A stretch of 64,000 nt of DNA from Candidatus Marinacidobacterales bacterium (GTDB taxonomy: Bacteria > Acidobacteriota > Vicinamibacteria > Marinacidobacterales > SMYC01), in NCBI GenBank assembly GCA_965224085.1, contig CBDCYI010000009.1, positions 192,001 to 256,000 of the forward strand, in the 5' to 3' direction. The position numbers and the translations under genes are program-made. Below the pieces are notes generated by a model. That model was not told the DNA's origin and ran no database searches. It saw only the letters and a list, made by a program, of their open reading frames with translations. This document shows positions 27,581 to 37,762 of this stretch, in pieces; within the stretch, counting starts at the first letter, position 1; each line of letters begins with the position of its first letter.

Positions 27581-28516
27581 ATGTTGCTTCTCATTTTGGC
27601 TTTTTTCCCGGTATCGGCGGTCGCTCAACGGGACGCTTGGATTCGCCACTCGAGCGAGCCCATCGCGCTCCGTTCGGGATCACGCGTCGAGTTCGTGACC
27701 ATGACGAGCGAAGCGGTTGGCGGAGAGGCCTCCTACAGCGTCTTTCTTCCGCCAACTTATGGAAGCGGCGTGGCGAAATATCCCGTCGTTTATTTCCTCC
27801 ACGGTCTTTTCAACGATCACACAAGCTGGACGATGGACCACCACGGAAACATTCCTGAGCTCGTCGACGGCTTGATGGCGAACAAGACCCTTCGCGAAAT
27901 GGTCTTAGTGTTCCCCGACGGCGGCCGGAGCTTCTACACCAACTACAGAGATGGCACCATGCGCTACGAGGACTTCATTGTCGAGGAGCTCCCGCGGCAT
28001 GTTGAAGCGAGCTATCGCGTGAGTCCTGGCCGGACCCACAGAGCACTTGCAGGCACTTCGATGGGCGGCTACGGCGCTCTCAAGATTGCCATGCGGCATC
28101 CAACCCGATATGCCGGCGCCGCCGCGCACTCCGCCATCGTCTTCCCTGTTCCGAATCCGCTCGACGTCCCCGATTCCGCGCGCTCGGCACGGTCCTATCA
28201 ATATTTGGACGCTGTTTTCCGGAGCATCTACGGCGATCCTTTTGACCAGGAATACTTTGATGCGAACAATCCGCTCGAGCTCGCCCGCAAAGCGGATCTG
28301 GACGGGCTCGCCATCTACTTCGACTATGGGACCGCGGATCGCTACAACCGCTCGGTGGGTCTAGGTGCGGGAAATCAGAAGCTCGATCAGGCCCTGAGCA
28401 AGAGCGGTGTCGACCATGTATTCCACGAGCACGAGGGCGAGGCCCATGGATGGGCACTCGTTTACGCCCATATCCCCGACTCCCTCGGCTTTCTCGCGGA
28501 GCATCTGGCGCCCTGA
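27581..28516 (+). CDS. secreted esterase (alpha/beta hydrolase, putative esterase family)
   Basis: YPVVYFLHG, AGTSMGGYGA, DYGTAD, GEAHGW. Confidence 0.88.
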   Translation: MLLLILAFFPVSAVAQRDAWIRHSSEPIALRSGSRVEFVTMTSEAVGGEASYSVFLPPTYGSGVAKYPVVYFLHGLFNDHTSWTMDHHGNIPELVDGLMANKTLREMVLVFPDGGRSFYTNYRDGTMRYEDFIVEELPRHVEASYRVSPGRTHRALAGTSMGGYGALKIAMRHPTRYAGAAAHSAIVFPVPNPLDVPDSARSARSYQYLDAVFRSIYGDPFDQEYFDANNPLELARKADLDGLAIYFDYGTADRYNRSVGLGAGNQKLDQALSKSGVDHVFHEHEGEAHGWALVYAHIPDSLGFLAEHLAP

Positions 28517-28570
28517 TAGTTGAAACAGCCACCCGCTCCCGCTTAGGATGAAACTGGGAATTCCCAAGCC

Positions 28571-29506
28571 ATGCTCATCCGGTCTCTCGCCTTAGCGATC
28601 GCCATCCCGGCAGCGTTTTCGTCCGTCACGTCGTCCTGTCTGTCTTCTGGCGGCGGCGAGCCTGAAAGCATCAGCGATAGCGAGTTTGGGGATCTCGTCA
28701 CACGACTTTCCGAAGAGGGCGGCTATTTCTGGAGTAACAACTACATCTCCAATGAAACCTCCTACCTCCACGTGCTCGACGCACTCGACGAACGCCGCGC
28801 TGAAGACGGCGTTTATGTCGGCGTTGGACCGAACCAGAATTTCACCTATATTGCGGCGCTCGAGCCCGAGCTCGCGTTCATCATAGACATTCGCCGCCAG
28901 AACATGCTCGAGCATCTCTTGTTCAAGCTGCTGACGGAAGACTCCGAAACTCGCGACGCCTATCTCTCGAGACTCGTGGCGCGTCCTCTGACGGAGCCTC
29001 GCGCGCGCGACGCCACCGTCACGGACATCATTGCCGCCATCGAATCGACCGCGCCGGACGAAAGTTTTTACGAGAAGCAGCTGGCCTTCGTGCTCGGTGA
29101 GTTCGAAGACCGTCCCGAGCTCGGGCTCACCGATCAAGACCGGCACGACCTAGAGCTCATTTACCGCGAGTTCTTCCGGCAGGGATTCGAGATCAAATAT
29201 GACAGCTGGCGGTCGTTCTTCTTCCCCTCGCTGAAGGATTTCATTCTCGAAATGGACCTCCATGGCCGACATCGGAATTGGCTTGCTTCGGACGAGACCT
29301 ACGGCCGCGTGCGGCAGATGCAGCTCGAGAACCGTATCATCCCAATCGTCGGCGATTTCGCTGGAGACCAGGCCTTCCGTCGGCTAGGGAGGCTCCTCGA
29401 GTCGCGTCGCCAAATCGTGACCAAGGGGCGGGGAGCGGCTGGCTTTCCCAAAGCGCTCCGTCCACAGGGAGCGCGCGCGTTACCTGAGACGTCAACAGCG
29501 GTTTAG
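28571..29506 (+). CDS. conserved hypothetical lipoprotein-like protein; C-terminus appears truncated or fused near 29420
   Basis: LSEEGGYFWSNNYISNETSY, YVGVGPNQNFTYIA, NRIIPIVGDFAG; overlaps the convergent protease by about 170 nt. Confidence 0.65.
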   Translation: MLIRSLALAIAIPAAFSSVTSSCLSSGGGEPESISDSEFGDLVTRLSEEGGYFWSNNYISNETSYLHVLDALDERRAEDGVYVGVGPNQNFTYIAALEPELAFIIDIRRQNMLEHLLFKLLTEDSETRDAYLSRLVARPLTEPRARDATVTDIIAAIESTAPDESFYEKQLAFVLGEFEDRPELGLTDQDRHDLELIYREFFRQGFEIKYDSWRSFFFPSLKDFILEMDLHGRHRNWLASDETYGRVRQMQLENRIIPIVGDFAGDQAFRRLGRLLESRRQIVTKGRGAAGFPKALRPQGARALPETSTAV

Positions 29507-30692
29507 CGGACACGCTTTGAAGCGACTGCATCAGGACGGAACGGTTGAACGCTACCGCATCCGCGGGGCCCTCATAGCGAATGACGATTTTTTCGACGCC
29601 GTGGTCGAAAAGGGCATACACCATCTGTGTGTCGCCGGAGCGCGCACGCCCGATCACGACGCCTTCCGCGACAGAGGCGGAGTCTCTCTTACCTTCGGCG
29701 TGAAACGTCCCGAACGTCCCGCCTGACAAGAGAGCCTTCTCGAGCGACCCGAGATCCCACGGAGTCACCACTCGATCGGAAGTCCACAAAATAGCACCCT
29801 GCCCGGGGTCGCTGAAGGCGCGCAGCCGCATAGGCGACACGTCTTCGAGCGTTTCCGGAAGCCGGAGACTCAAGCCTTTGTCTCTCAGCGTCTGCTCGCC
29901 GCCCAGCTGGAGGCGCTCGACAGGCAGAAGCTGGTCGTAACCGCTCAGGGTCAGAAAATCTTTGACCGTGTTGACCGGGATAGCGAAACCAATCCCATCC
30001 GAGTCGCGCAGCTTGAGCCTCACAACACCGAGCACATAGCCGTCCTCATCGACCATCGGCCCGCCGCTATTGCCCGGATTCACGGTCGCGCTCGTCTGCA
30101 AATAAGCCGTGTTTCCAGCGTCGTCGCTCCGTGCAGCCGAGATTGAGCCACGGGTCACGCTCACTTGGGGAACGATGTCCGGGACGTCCGTCTGACCGAC
30201 TTCGACGCGACGCCCAAAGGGGAAACCGTAAACGTTAACCGACTCGCCTGCCGTCGTCGCCTCCGAGTCGCCGAACGCGAGGTAGGGCAGGTCACCGCCC
30301 GCTATCGACAACACGGCGAGATCGATGTCCGGGTCCACCGCCTCGATGGACGCATCGAATCCACCTGTCGGCAGCACCACTTCCACGCGGTCCACCGTGA
30401 GCTCGACCGTGACCTCTCGTGAGCCGACGCGTTTCGTGAAAGTACTGCCGTCCACGACATGATGGTTGGTCAACACGTGCCCATAGGGTGTGAAGATGAA
30501 ACCGCTCCCTGTGCCGAGCTCGACGCTACGCGTCTCTTTCGAGTCGGAGAAAGCGCCCTCCACTGCAACGTCGATCGTGCCGATGACGCGAATGAAGACT
30601 GTCGCCTTCGCGGGTGAGTGTGCTTGCTGGGCCGCGCCCAAAGAGCCGCCCAAAAACGTCACGAGAGCGAGGGGCAAAGCAGGTTTCATCAA
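29337..30692 (-). CDS. trypsin-like serine protease (S1C) with C-terminal extension, probably truncated
   Basis: GTGSGF, LTNHHVV, DLAVL, NPGNSGGP, GIGFAIP. Confidence 0.85.
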   Translation of the reverse strand: MMKPALPLALVTFLGGSLGAAQQAHSPAKATVFIRVIGTIDVAVEGAFSDSKETRSVELGTGSGFIFTPYGHVLTNHHVVDGSTFTKRVGSREVTVELTVDRVEVVLPTGGFDASIEAVDPDIDLAVLSIAGGDLPYLAFGDSEATTAGESVNVYGFPFGRRVEVGQTDVPDIVPQVSVTRGSISAARSDDAGNTAYLQTSATVNPGNSGGPMVDEDGYVLGVVRLKLRDSDGIGFAIPVNTVKDFLTLSGYDQLLPVERLQLGGEQTLRDKGLSLRLPETLEDVSPMRLRAFSDPGQGAILWTSDRVVTPWDLGSLEKALLSGGTFGTFHAEGKRDSASVAEGVVIGRARSGDTQMVYALFDHGVEKIVIRYEGPADAVAFNRSVLMQSLQSVSAKPLLTSQVTRALPVDGALWESQPLPAPWSRFGDATRGASLADGRPGLQRNRRRLG

Positions 30693-30926
30693 GATTGGTC
30701 TCTAACAGTTATAGTCCTCCGAACGTCGGTCTTCAAATGAGGTGACGCTTTCCCACCGCGTCAAGGAAACGCCCGCGAGTGTTTCGGCCGTGTTCGACTA
30801 CGTGCCGTCCATTTACCGTGAACTCCAGCTCGCGCTGTTCCGACGAAGACTCCCGAGAGACTTCTGGAGAGACTTCTGGAGAAGACGGATGCGGCCCGGG
30901 ACCTGAATGGTGAATACGGAATGTAT

Positions 30927-31913
30927 CTAATTCCATTCTGAGCGGCCCGGAAGCAGTGCTTCCGAAGGCCCACGCGCGAGCCGGAGCTGCCGCGCCGTCT
31001 CCTCCGCCGCGCGCATCACGCGCAGGACGTTCCGCCCGAGGATCTTCTCGACAGCGTCCTCCGAATAGCCGCGCGTGAGAAGCTCACGTGTCAGGTCGAT
31101 GAACGTCGAGACATCCTCGAGGCCGAGCGGAACCGAGGAGATGCCGTCGAAGTCCGAGCCGATCCCGATGTGGTCGATACCCGCGACCTCGCGAATGTGG
31201 TCGATGTGGTCCGCGACCTGAGACAGCGTCGCTCGTGGCGACGGGTGCTCCTGATCAAAGGCCCGCAGGCCTTCGACAACGCTCGAGCCCGAGATCGCTT
31301 CTAAGCACTCTGTCTCCGTCCCTCGCCGGTCGTCGTGGTCCTTGACCTCTTGGGAAATGAACTGCGGCACGAAGGTCACCATAATGACACCCCCGTTCTC
31401 CGGGAGCCGCCGGATTACGTCATCGGGAACGTTGCGCGGATGGTCGCAAAGCGCACGCGCCGAGGAATGGCTGTAGATCACGGGAGCCTCGACGACATCC
31501 AGCACGTCGTGCATCGTCGCTGGTGAGACGTGCGAGAGGTCGACGAGCATTCCCAGCCAGTTCATCTCGCGGACGACGTCGCTGCCAAACTCCGAAAGAC
31601 CGTTGAGAGCCGGGACGAAGACCGACCAAAACTGCGCCCCGACACCGCCTTCCCGAAGACGCGGGATGTCGGTCATGATATCGGGCTGACTCTTCGCAAT
31701 ATCGAGTGAAGAAAACTGATTGCTCAAATCACGATATTGACCAGGAAGATCGTTATGACCGTCGATGAGCGGCACCGTCTCATGCAACCGACGCGCTACA
31801 TCCTCCGACTGCACTGCCTGAGACCCCGAACACCCAGCAAAGCCAACCAAGGGAAAAGAGAGAAGGCTCACTAAGATCAGACCCCACAAGAAAGAACGTG
31901 GATGTTGTCTCAC
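30927..31913 (-). CDS. membrane dipeptidase (M19) with apparent internal deletion
   Basis: [43 protein letters not shown]; the central EG..LTH segment is missing between VFVP and NGLSEFG. Confidence 0.85.
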   Translation of the reverse strand: MRQHPRSFLWGLILVSLLSFPLVGFAGCSGSQAVQSEDVARRLHETVPLIDGHNDLPGQYRDLSNQFSSLDIAKSQPDIMTDIPRLREGGVGAQFWSVFVPALNGLSEFGSDVVREMNWLGMLVDLSHVSPATMHDVLDVVEAPVIYSHSSARALCDHPRNVPDDVIRRLPENGGVIMVTFVPQFISQEVKDHDDRRGTETECLEAISGSSVVEGLRAFDQEHPSPRATLSQVADHIDHIREVAGIDHIGIGSDFDGISSVPLGLEDVSTFIDLTRELLTRGYSEDAVEKILGRNVLRVMRAAEETARQLRLARGPSEALLPGRSEWN

Positions 31914-33193
31914 CGACGGGCCCTATACTTCTCATATAGCTCCAAATGCTTATTGTTCAAGCTCGTCGGCACGCCGTCGATCAAAAGATGCCGGATCTCG
32001 GTGCGGATCTCGAGAGGGTCGCCGTCAGTAATAATGAGGTTGGCTCGTTTGCCTTCCTCGATGCTCCCGAGCTCATCCGCAACGCCGAAAAGCTCGGCTG
32101 GATAAAGGGTGATGCCTTTGAGCCCTTCCTCCCACGCGAGCCCCCGCCCCACGGCGTTTCCTACTTCGTACGGCAAGAGCCTCGAGTTCGCCGAGTTGTA
32201 TGACGCGAAGATGACCCGAACCCCGGCGGCTTGAAGTTCCGACGCGGCGGTGAGTGGCTTGTCATACGCTTCATCTTCCGTTCGTGGAAGCGTCAACGTC
32301 GGGCCGAGAATCACAGGAATGTTCCTTTCTGCCAGAAGCTCTTTCTCTTTCCAAGCATCGCGCCCACTGAGAAGAATCATCTCGATGCTCTGCTCTTCTG
32401 CGAACGTCATGGCTCTTTTGATGTCGCGGGCATCGTCCGCCATTATCATCATCGGCAGCTCGCCTTCGACGACTTTGGCGAGCGCTTCGAGCTTCAGGTC
32501 CGGCTCTTTCTCTGAATCACCTGCGTAACGTCGCGCCGCGTCCATCCAATCTTCGAGCTCGGCAACGCGGTTCTCGTACTCCTCCTTGACTTCGGAGAAT
32601 TTTCTTTCGACGCGGCTAAACGTCGAAAAGTCGAAAGTAGAGGTCTGGATGGTCGGCCAATGAAGGATCATGCCGACTGAAGTGTCGACCGCCATTTCCT
32701 CGATCGTCCACCCTGCGAGGTTCAACAGCGAGGCTTGACCGTGGATACCGTACGTCCCCCCCACACCGAATCCTCCGGAGCCCCCAGGCGCAGTGACGGC
32801 GTGTGTGATGCCGTTCGTCCGGGCGACCGGGATGTGCTCGCTCGAAGGATGCACGGCCGTGGCCGCAGTGAGTTGCGGGTTGTAGTCGCCGAGCTCCGTC
32901 GTATCCACAGTCGCCGCGGTCGATCCGACCTCCGTCAAGCCGAGCCGGCTCACTGCATCCATCATTCCCGGATAGACCTCGAGCCCGGAGGCATCGATGA
33001 GTTCGACACCGGCCGGGACAGCGACGTTCGCACCAACTTCGGCAATCCGGCCGTCCCGGATGATGATCGTTCCATTCTCGATCGGCTCACCTGCGAGAGT
33101 CACAATTCTCCCGCCCTTGATCGCGATGACATTGTCTTGTGCCGTGGCTGCGATCGCGCTGAAGAGCGCCAAGATGGTAAGCGCTCGTATCAC
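31910..33193 (-). CDS. amidohydrolase family protein (metal-site-degenerate partner type)
   Basis: [15 protein letters not shown] (no HxH), [15 protein letters not shown]. Confidence 0.85.
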   Translation of the reverse strand: MIRALTILALFSAIAATAQDNVIAIKGGRIVTLAGEPIENGTIIIRDGRIAEVGANVAVPAGVELIDASGLEVYPGMMDAVSRLGLTEVGSTAATVDTTELGDYNPQLTAATAVHPSSEHIPVARTNGITHAVTAPGGSGGFGVGGTYGIHGQASLLNLAGWTIEEMAVDTSVGMILHWPTIQTSTFDFSTFSRVERKFSEVKEEYENRVAELEDWMDAARRYAGDSEKEPDLKLEALAKVVEGELPMMIMADDARDIKRAMTFAEEQSIEMILLSGRDAWKEKELLAERNIPVILGPTLTLPRTEDEAYDKPLTAASELQAAGVRVIFASYNSANSRLLPYEVGNAVGRGLAWEEGLKGITLYPAELFGVADELGSIEEGKRANLIITDGDPLEIRTEIRHLLIDGVPTSLNNKHLELYEKYRARR

Positions 33194-34511
33194 TGCTTTT
33201 CCTCCGTTGCCGGCTTCAGCCGTTCCATGAGTTGCGCGCGCTCTTCCGCCAACGCTTTGTAGCGCTCGGCGTCTTCTTCGCGGTCGAAGTAGACTTTCCC
33301 GTCAACGATTGTTTTCAGCGGAACAGCGTAGACGCTCAAAGGATGCGTGTCGAAGATGGCGAAGTCGGCATCCTTCCCCACTTCTATCGAGCCCACGCGG
33401 TCATCGATGCGAAGCTGTTTGGCGGGGTTGATCGAGCGAGTGCCTGCGCCTCACTCAACCCTCCCCACTTCATGGTCTTCGCCGCTTCTTGGTTGAGATG
33501 GCGCGCTTCCTCGGCACTATCCGAGTTGAGCGAGACCAAGACACCTTTTTCTGTCATGAGCGCCGCGTTGTACGGGATCGCGTCATAGGCTTCCATCTTG
33601 TACGCCCACCAATCCGAAAACGTCGAGGCGCCCGCGCCGTGCTCCGCAATCTCTTTGGCGACCTTGTAGCCCTCGAGAACGTGCTGGAGTGTCGCGATGC
33701 GGAAATCGAACTCTTCCGCGACGCGAAGAAGCTGCAAAATCTCGTCGGCGCGGTAGCAATGGGCGTGAACGAGACGCTTGCCCTCCATGATCTCGACGAG
33801 AGGCTCGAGCTCGAAATCACGCCTAGGAGGTCTTTTTGAGACGCCACCGGACGCACCGTGGGCCTTTGAAGCCTCGTATTCCTGCCACTGCTTGCGATAG
33901 GCGCGCGCTTTGGTGAACGCTTCCCGGATAACGTCGATGACGCCCATCCGCGTCGCGGGATAGCGGCGGGGGACGCCGCGCCGCCCGCCGCGTGAGCGTT
34001 TCGGGTTTTCTCCGAGCGCAAATTTGATGCCGGGAAGCGCCCCTTTGAAAAGAAGTCCCTCCGCGTCACTCCCCCATCGATGTTTGATCACGGCGTTCTT
34101 TCCGCCGATGGGGTTCGCGCTTCCGTGAAGGACGTTCGACGTCGTCACCCCGCCGGCGAGCTCGCGATAGATATTGATATCGGTCGGGTCGATGACATCC
34201 TCGATACCCGTCATCGATGACACCGCGATACTGCCTTCGTTGATCGACTCGGCCGCGATGTGCGAATGCGCGTCGATGATGCCCGGCATGACAAACTGCC
34301 CGCTCGCGTCGATGACTAAACCACCCTCTGGAACGGAGATATTCGTGCCGATCTCCTCGATCTTGCCGTCGCGGGCGAGGATGTCGCCGCTCAGCATCGT
34401 GCCGTTCGTCACCGTCAAGATCGTTCCCCCACGGATCACCACCGTTTGCGCCTCGGCGACGCTAACGCTTGCGACGAGACCAACCGTCCAAACGAATCTC
34501 ATTACATTCAC
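33190..34511 (-). CDS. amidohydrolase family protein, frameshifted near 33435
   Basis: PGIIDAHSH, KFALGENPK, HCYRADE, LQHVLEG, NSDS. The C-terminus (INPAKQL..GSIEVGKDAD) continues in ORF 33190..33396. Confidence 0.85.
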
Positions 34512-35809
34512 GGCGCCCCTCCTTCGTCCGCAGACTTCCGAATCTCGTATTTCGCGCCATCCACGAAAACCGCTTCGATCCGTGTGCCCTCTTCGAAGAG
34601 CTCACCATCCACCACGATGACGTTTGCAATTTTTCCAGCTTCGAGGCTTCCGAGTCGATCGTCGACACCGAAGATAGTCGCGGGCCCGAGGGTCAACGCG
34701 TGGAGCGCGCCCTCGTGGGTCAAACCTCGATCGATGGCTTTTCGAATGCGTGCAAATATCTCTTCGGGGCTCTCCAGTCCGTCCGAGTAAAACCCAAACG
34801 TGACGCCCGCTTCCGCAAGCGCTGCCGGTGTTCCGGGCGCCTGCTCCCGCATTCTAAGGACTCGGAGCGGCTCTTCCTCTTCCGGGTCTCCATCCTTTTC
34901 CGCCTCCGGCCACTTCAAGCTCACGAGCGCGGCAACGTTCTCGGAGGCGAGGAACTCGGACGCGCCGTGGCCTTCATGTAGCCCGTAGACCACCGGGCGA
35001 ACCCCGATCTCGCGGCCGAGCCGCACCGCTCGCTCGATCTCATGCTTCCAGTGCCCCGGCATGAGCACCGTCCAACCGTCCACCTGAGCCTTTGCAAGTG
35101 GCGCGAGCGCGCGATCGTAGCGCGGCCGCCTCTTTCCGCGTGGCTCGCGCGCGTAGGCGGCCTGGCTCTCGCGGTAATGTGCGGCGTCGGAGAAAACTTG
35201 CCGAATGTAGGCCACAACGCCCATGAGCGAGCCTGGAAAACTCCGATTCGCTCTCGGTTCGAAGTTCACTCTGAGAGCCTCAGGTGTCGTGACGACGAGA
35301 TCTTCATCGCGCTCCCCGGCAAGGTTGAGAAAGGCCGCTTGGCCGCTCACGATGCCTTTCGAGGGAGACGACACAGTGGAGGTAAAGCCGGCACTTCGCC
35401 AAGCCTCGATGCGGTCGTCGTCGAGCGCTAGCGTGTCGGCCGCGGCGGTCCACGACGTCGTTCCTGGCCGGTCCTCAGGACCTCGCGAGAACGGCACTTC
35501 GTCACTCGCTTCGCTCTTTTTGAGAGCGATATCCGACAACGCGTCGACCAACCCTGGATAGACGAACTTGCCGCTACCGTCGATGACCCACGCGCCATCG
35601 GGAACTTCGACCGAAGGGCCGACGGCCGTGATCAAACCGTCCTCGATAACCTCACCCGCCCCGACTACGATACGCGCACCGGTGATGGCGTAGCGATCGG
35701 GACCTTTGGGCCGCTCGGCCGTGACCGCCCCCGCCCTGATGAGGACGACGAGGACGACGAGGACGACGAGAACGCTCGCGATACAAAGTCGAAGAATATT
35801 TGTCTTCAT
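34508..35809 (-). CDS. amidohydrolase family protein (metal-site-degenerate)
   Basis: IDGSGKFVYPGLVDA, FPGSLMG, LGSLEAGKIANV. Confidence 0.85.
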   Translation of the reverse strand: MKTNILRLCIASVLVVLVVLVVLIRAGAVTAERPKGPDRYAITGARIVVGAGEVIEDGLITAVGPSVEVPDGAWVIDGSGKFVYPGLVDALSDIALKKSEASDEVPFSRGPEDRPGTTSWTAAADTLALDDDRIEAWRSAGFTSTVSSPSKGIVSGQAAFLNLAGERDEDLVVTTPEALRVNFEPRANRSFPGSLMGVVAYIRQVFSDAAHYRESQAAYAREPRGKRRPRYDRALAPLAKAQVDGWTVLMPGHWKHEIERAVRLGREIGVRPVVYGLHEGHGASEFLASENVAALVSLKWPEAEKDGDPEEEEPLRVLRMREQAPGTPAALAEAGVTFGFYSDGLESPEEIFARIRKAIDRGLTHEGALHALTLGPATIFGVDDRLGSLEAGKIANVIVVDGELFEEGTRIEAVFVDGAKYEIRKSADEGGAP

Positions 35810-35895
35810 TCTCGGCTCCTATAACTGCGGGACGGACAGTAAAGGTGCGGCCCGCCGCTGTCAACTCGGAACCGTCTGCTAGAATGCATAGCAAT

Positions 35896-37407
35896 ATGGA
35901 GAAGTTCTATCTCACGACCGCCATCGACTTCGTCAATAGCCGCCCTCATCTCGGAACGGCCTATGAAAAAGTGACCGCTGATGTCATCGCACGCTTCAAG
36001 CGTCTCGCCGGCTATGACACCCACTTCGTCATGGGCAATGACGAACACTCGCTGAACGTCTTCAAGAAAGCGGAAGAGCTCGGCATCGAGCCCCTCGCCT
36101 ATTGCGACAAGATGGAGAAGGAGTTCAAGGACGTCTGGAAGCAGCTCGACGTCTCTTTCGACGATTTCATCCGCACTACCGAGCCGCGGCACAAGACCGC
36201 CGTTCAGGCGCTCTTGCGGCGCATTCACGATGCGGGCGACGTGTTCGAGGCAAGCTACGAGGGCTGGTACTGCAATTCTTGCGAAGGATTCAAGTTGGAA
36301 AAAGACCTCGTCGACGGCAGCTGTCCGCTGCACCATACGAAAGCCGCGTGGCTCGAGGAGCGCAACCACTTTTTCAGACTCTCCAAATACCAGGAGCCGC
36401 TGCTCGAGCACTACCGAAGCAACCCGGGTTTTCTCGTTCCCGACACACGGCGCAATGAGGTTTTGAGCATGATTGAATCCGGACTCACGGACTTCTCAAT
36501 CAGCCGGGAAAGCCAGAGGTGGGGCATTCCAGTGCCTTTCGACGAGGAGAGCGTCGTCTATGTCTGGGTAGACGCGCTCATCAATTACATCTCCGCCGTG
36601 GGCTACGGCCAAAGCGGTGCGCCAGGTGCGTTGTACTCCAAATGGTGGCCCGCCGATCTTCACATCATTGGCAAGGACATCACCAAATTCCATTGCATCT
36701 ATTGGCCGGCGATGCTCATGAGCGCCGGCGTCGCACTTCCCCGTCAAATAATCGGACACGGTTTCGTCACCTTCAGAGGCGAAAAGATGAGCAAGACACT
36801 CGGGACCGTCGTCGATCCTCTCGACGCGGCGAAACGTTTCGGTCCCGACCCGCTCAGGCTCTACCTCGTCCGCGAGATCATCTATGGACAAGACGGTGAT
36901 TTTTCGTGGGAACGTTTCGAGAACCGCTACAACGCGGACCTCGCCAACAATCTGGGAAACCTCGTGAGCCGCATCACGAGCATGTCGGAAAAATATCTCG
37001 ACGGTCATTTGGAGCCTCCCGCGAAGTCCGGAAAGCTTCGGCGACTCGTTGAAAACGCGGTGAAGCAGTACCACGAAGCGATGGCGTCTCTCGCCCTCTC
37101 GGATGGCGCGTCGCAGGCCTTCGGGATCGTCGATGCGGTCAACGACTTCATCACAAAATCAGAGCCGTGGGCCCTCGCCAAGAATCCCGACGCCCGCGAG
37201 ACCCTCGCCAAAGTCCTCTATGACACCGCGGAAGCCACGCGGATCGCCGCGGTTCTCCTCCTACCGGTGATGCCGGGTTCCGCGGCCGAGATCCTGCGCC
37301 GTCTGGGTGCGAGTCCGGGAAGCTTCGCCGACGCAACCCCCTGGGGGGCTGGCGACGCGCTCAAAACTGAGAAGGGCCCCGCCCTCTGGCCCCGCTTGCA
37401 AGCTTAG
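35896..37407 (+). CDS. metG: methionine--tRNA ligase (short form without C-terminal tRNA-binding domain)
   Basis: YLTTAIDF..PHLGTAYE, GNDEH, YEGWYC, YVWVDALINY, IGKDI, KMSKT, LANNLGNL. Confidence 0.96.
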   Translation: MEKFYLTTAIDFVNSRPHLGTAYEKVTADVIARFKRLAGYDTHFVMGNDEHSLNVFKKAEELGIEPLAYCDKMEKEFKDVWKQLDVSFDDFIRTTEPRHKTAVQALLRRIHDAGDVFEASYEGWYCNSCEGFKLEKDLVDGSCPLHHTKAAWLEERNHFFRLSKYQEPLLEHYRSNPGFLVPDTRRNEVLSMIESGLTDFSISRESQRWGIPVPFDEESVVYVWVDALINYISAVGYGQSGAPGALYSKWWPADLHIIGKDITKFHCIYWPAMLMSAGVALPRQIIGHGFVTFRGEKMSKTLGTVVDPLDAAKRFGPDPLRLYLVREIIYGQDGDFSWERFENRYNADLANNLGNLVSRITSMSEKYLDGHLEPPAKSGKLRRLVENAVKQYHEAMASLALSDGASQAFGIVDAVNDFITKSEPWALAKNPDARETLAKVLYDTAEATRIAAVLLLPVMPGSAAEILRRLGASPGSFADATPWGAGDALKTEKGPALWPRLQA

Positions 37408-37541
37408 CGCTCTGGAGTCCTCTCCTAACCTAGCCTGCCTAGCCAGGTAAACCCTAGAAACGTTAGAACCGCAGATTACGATTCTGGCTGGTTAGAGGCT
37501 AAAAGGCAGATCGTCGATATTCAAGATCTGCACCCGAGAGT

Positions 37542-37664
37542 TGTTGTGGTGAGAGCAGAGTTGGGGGGATGCGGCCTCTCCACTACCCCTGGTTGGGGCC
37601 GGGGGCAAAATGTTGTCCGCACACCTTGGTTTTTGGGTTGGGGAACTCCACCCTCACCACGACA
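37542..37664. ncRNA. candidate small RNA B (closed rod-like structure) between convergent genes
   Basis: About 20-bp terminal stem GTTGTGGTGAGAGCAGAGTT/AACTCCACCCTCACCACGAC, inner stems, three GTTGGGG motifs; strand not resolved. Confidence 0.5.
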
Positions 37665-37762
37665 GAGATATTTACACCGAAGTTCCAGCAGGAAACGTGA
37701 TCTAGCGCACATTTTGACTTTTCTGAGCGCAAAAGTTCGTTTTCAGCAGGGTTCGTACGCCG

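Noticed and set aside
30855-30882. 12-bp tandem repeat GAGAGACTTCTG within ORF 30733..30936
   Set aside because: Only about two copies; the ORF has no recognisable features. Probably slippage or a remnant.
35741-35770. 9-bp tandem repeat (GAGGACGAC) giving LVVLVVLVVL
   Set aside because: Simple in-frame expansion in a signal peptide; no evidence of phase variation.
37485-37500. sigma54 promoter upstream of candidate RNA B (TGGCTGGTTAGAGGCT)
   Set aside because: Only the GG-N10-GC spacing fits; the flanking consensus is poor.
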